In this document: positions 62,663 to 64,000 of the stretch, one piece after another
How the letters are laid out: each line of letters begins with the position of its first letter
Position numbering within the stretch: position 1 is the first letter of the stretch
Assembly (NCBI GenBank): GCA_001179505.1
Contig: CDMY01000376.1
Location: 310,001 to 374,000 of the forward strand
DNA length: 64,000 bases
Direction: 5' to 3'
Origin: Vitrella brassicaformis CCMP3155
Lineage: Eukaryota > Protista > Chromerida
Program-made: the position numbers and the translations under genes
Notes under the pieces: generated by a model
Database searches by the model: none
Told to the model about the DNA's origin: nothing
The model's input: only the letters and a program-made list of their open reading frames with translations

Positions 62663-62948
62663 TGTGCGTGCGATAGGTGGGCTAAGGCAGTCAGCGGCGC
62701 CTCGATGCGCCTCCCACCGTCATCTCCGTTGACGCAGACAGGGTCTTGGCCAGGAGGCTCCCGTACAGCGACACTGTAACGCAACGCACGGCAGAAAGCA
62801 AGGCTGGTTTCCACTCCACCCTTGCTTGGCGATATCTGTGGGATTCAAGTGCCCATGCAGAGCAAAACTCCTGCTCGAAATGCCGTAACGCTTTTTTAAG
62901 CTCGCAGACGTGCGATTCGTCCTCGGCGCCCTCCAAGCAGATCTTGTA

Positions 62949-63731
62949 ATGGCGTCGCCATCCAAGCAGCGTGGTGATGCTGATGCAAGCAGCTCGGAGG
63001 GATCCACTGCATCCACACAATCCGGCCACCAACACAACAGCAAGAAATCGCACGCGAGCATGATGAAGACCAACAGCAGCAGATGGCTGGCTACGCTGAT
63101 GTACTGTGTGTCGGACGTCGTCCTGCAGATTGCGCTTGCCTATCTGCTCACGCAGATCTTTGGCCCTATGCTCCGTTGGGTCAACAAGGTGGACTTCCAG
63201 ACCACGGCAGGATGGTTCGGCGCCATCTACAGCATCACGCTGGCTCACTCTCTCGCGCAATACTTCATCATCGCCACAGCTGTTGATCTTCTGGCCGATC
63301 ACGTCTTCCCCGAGTCCATCCAGCTGGCCACACACAAGCGGCGCAAGCTGCTGGAGGAAGAGGCAAGGGGTGCTGCAAAACAACGATCGGGGCCGCCTTA
63401 TGACTACGCAAACCGTGGCTACTTTGTCAACCACATGCTGTTCACCATGAGGTAGGTGGGCAGGCAACGAACGAGATCTGGGCCCCGGCCAAAGACAGTC
63501 CAGACAGACAGACAGACAGACAGACAGACGTGTAGTCACATCATACCATTGATATGCAATCAATCAGGTGGTGTGCCCCCATTGCTTTGGGAGCGGTCGT
63601 GTGGATGCCGCAGCTGCTGATCGACGAGAACCCTCCGCTGTGGCTCATCCCACTCAAGGTAAATGTGGTGACACACACACACACATGCCGTATGCACACA
63701 CAGACATACACACACCTCACCTCTGTGGCTC

Positions 63732-63765
<34 letters not shown>

Positions 63766-64000
63766 GCCACCCCTTAAACCTCACCAGGTCCAATGCGGCC
63801 TAGTGGCTGGCGACCTGGTGTACTACTGCATCCACATCTCTCAGCACAAATCGCGCACCCTCTATAAGTGGACCGATCACGGCTTCCACCACCAGTTCAT
63901 CTACCCGTGGGCCAGCACCAGCACATGGCTGGGGACTGTTGACCTGCTGCTCGCCGCCTTTGCCATTGGCGCCTGCAGCGTCTTGTGCACTCAGCTCGTC
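62949..64000 (+). CDS. Fatty acid hydroxylase / sterol desaturase superfamily membrane protein, 5' part; runs off the right edge
   Basis: Several hydrophobic segments. Manual splicing gives ...MLFTMR|WCAPIALGAVVWMPQLLIDENPPLWLIPLK|VQCGLVAGDLVYYCIHISQHKSRTLYKWTDHGFHHQFIYPWASTS, with di-iron His boxes DxxYYxxHxxxH and HxxHH. Confidence 0.82.

Noticed and set aside
1-64000. CRISPR arrays, rRNA/tRNA genes, transposon ORFs
   Set aside because: The repeats are simple microsatellites without spacers. I saw no tRNA/rRNA-like segments and no transposase, RT or integrase motifs.

Overview
Eukaryotic, GC-rich and very intron-dense genomic DNA. The introns are packed with (CA/TG)n, (GACA/TCTG)n and (GGAT)n microsatellites. 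This style and the gene content point to a chromerid alveolate, most likely Vitrella brassicaformis (my inference, not checked). Four 300-N gaps are present. About 20 spliced genes were reconstructed by eye, and most ORF-track entries are exon fragments or antisense shadows. In order: the 5' end of a MATE transporter, guanine deaminase, AP-2 mu, a double-chromodomain protein, NOL9/Grc3 kinase, a C-terminal ubiquitin-like protein with an apparent frameshift, two decayed SART3-like HAT-repeat copies, an intronless secreted bacterial-type gluconolactonase, CWC22, a helicase-containing Dicer with a RanBP2 zinc finger inserted in the helicase, a triple-CCCH protein, a ClC channel apparently missing helices G-H, several hypothetical genes, a ~12.7 kb multidomain type-I membrane protein and the 5' end of a fatty-acid-hydroxylase/sterol-desaturase gene. 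The membrane protein carries a 4x Cys module I cannot assign, 2 Ig-like domains, ~13 Sushi modules, 6+ CxDGxxNGDE repeats, an LNR and a SEA-like domain. The strongest leads are this giant Notch-like/adhesin receptor, the unusual Dicer and the candidate HGT lactonase. Exon boundaries are manual and approximate.
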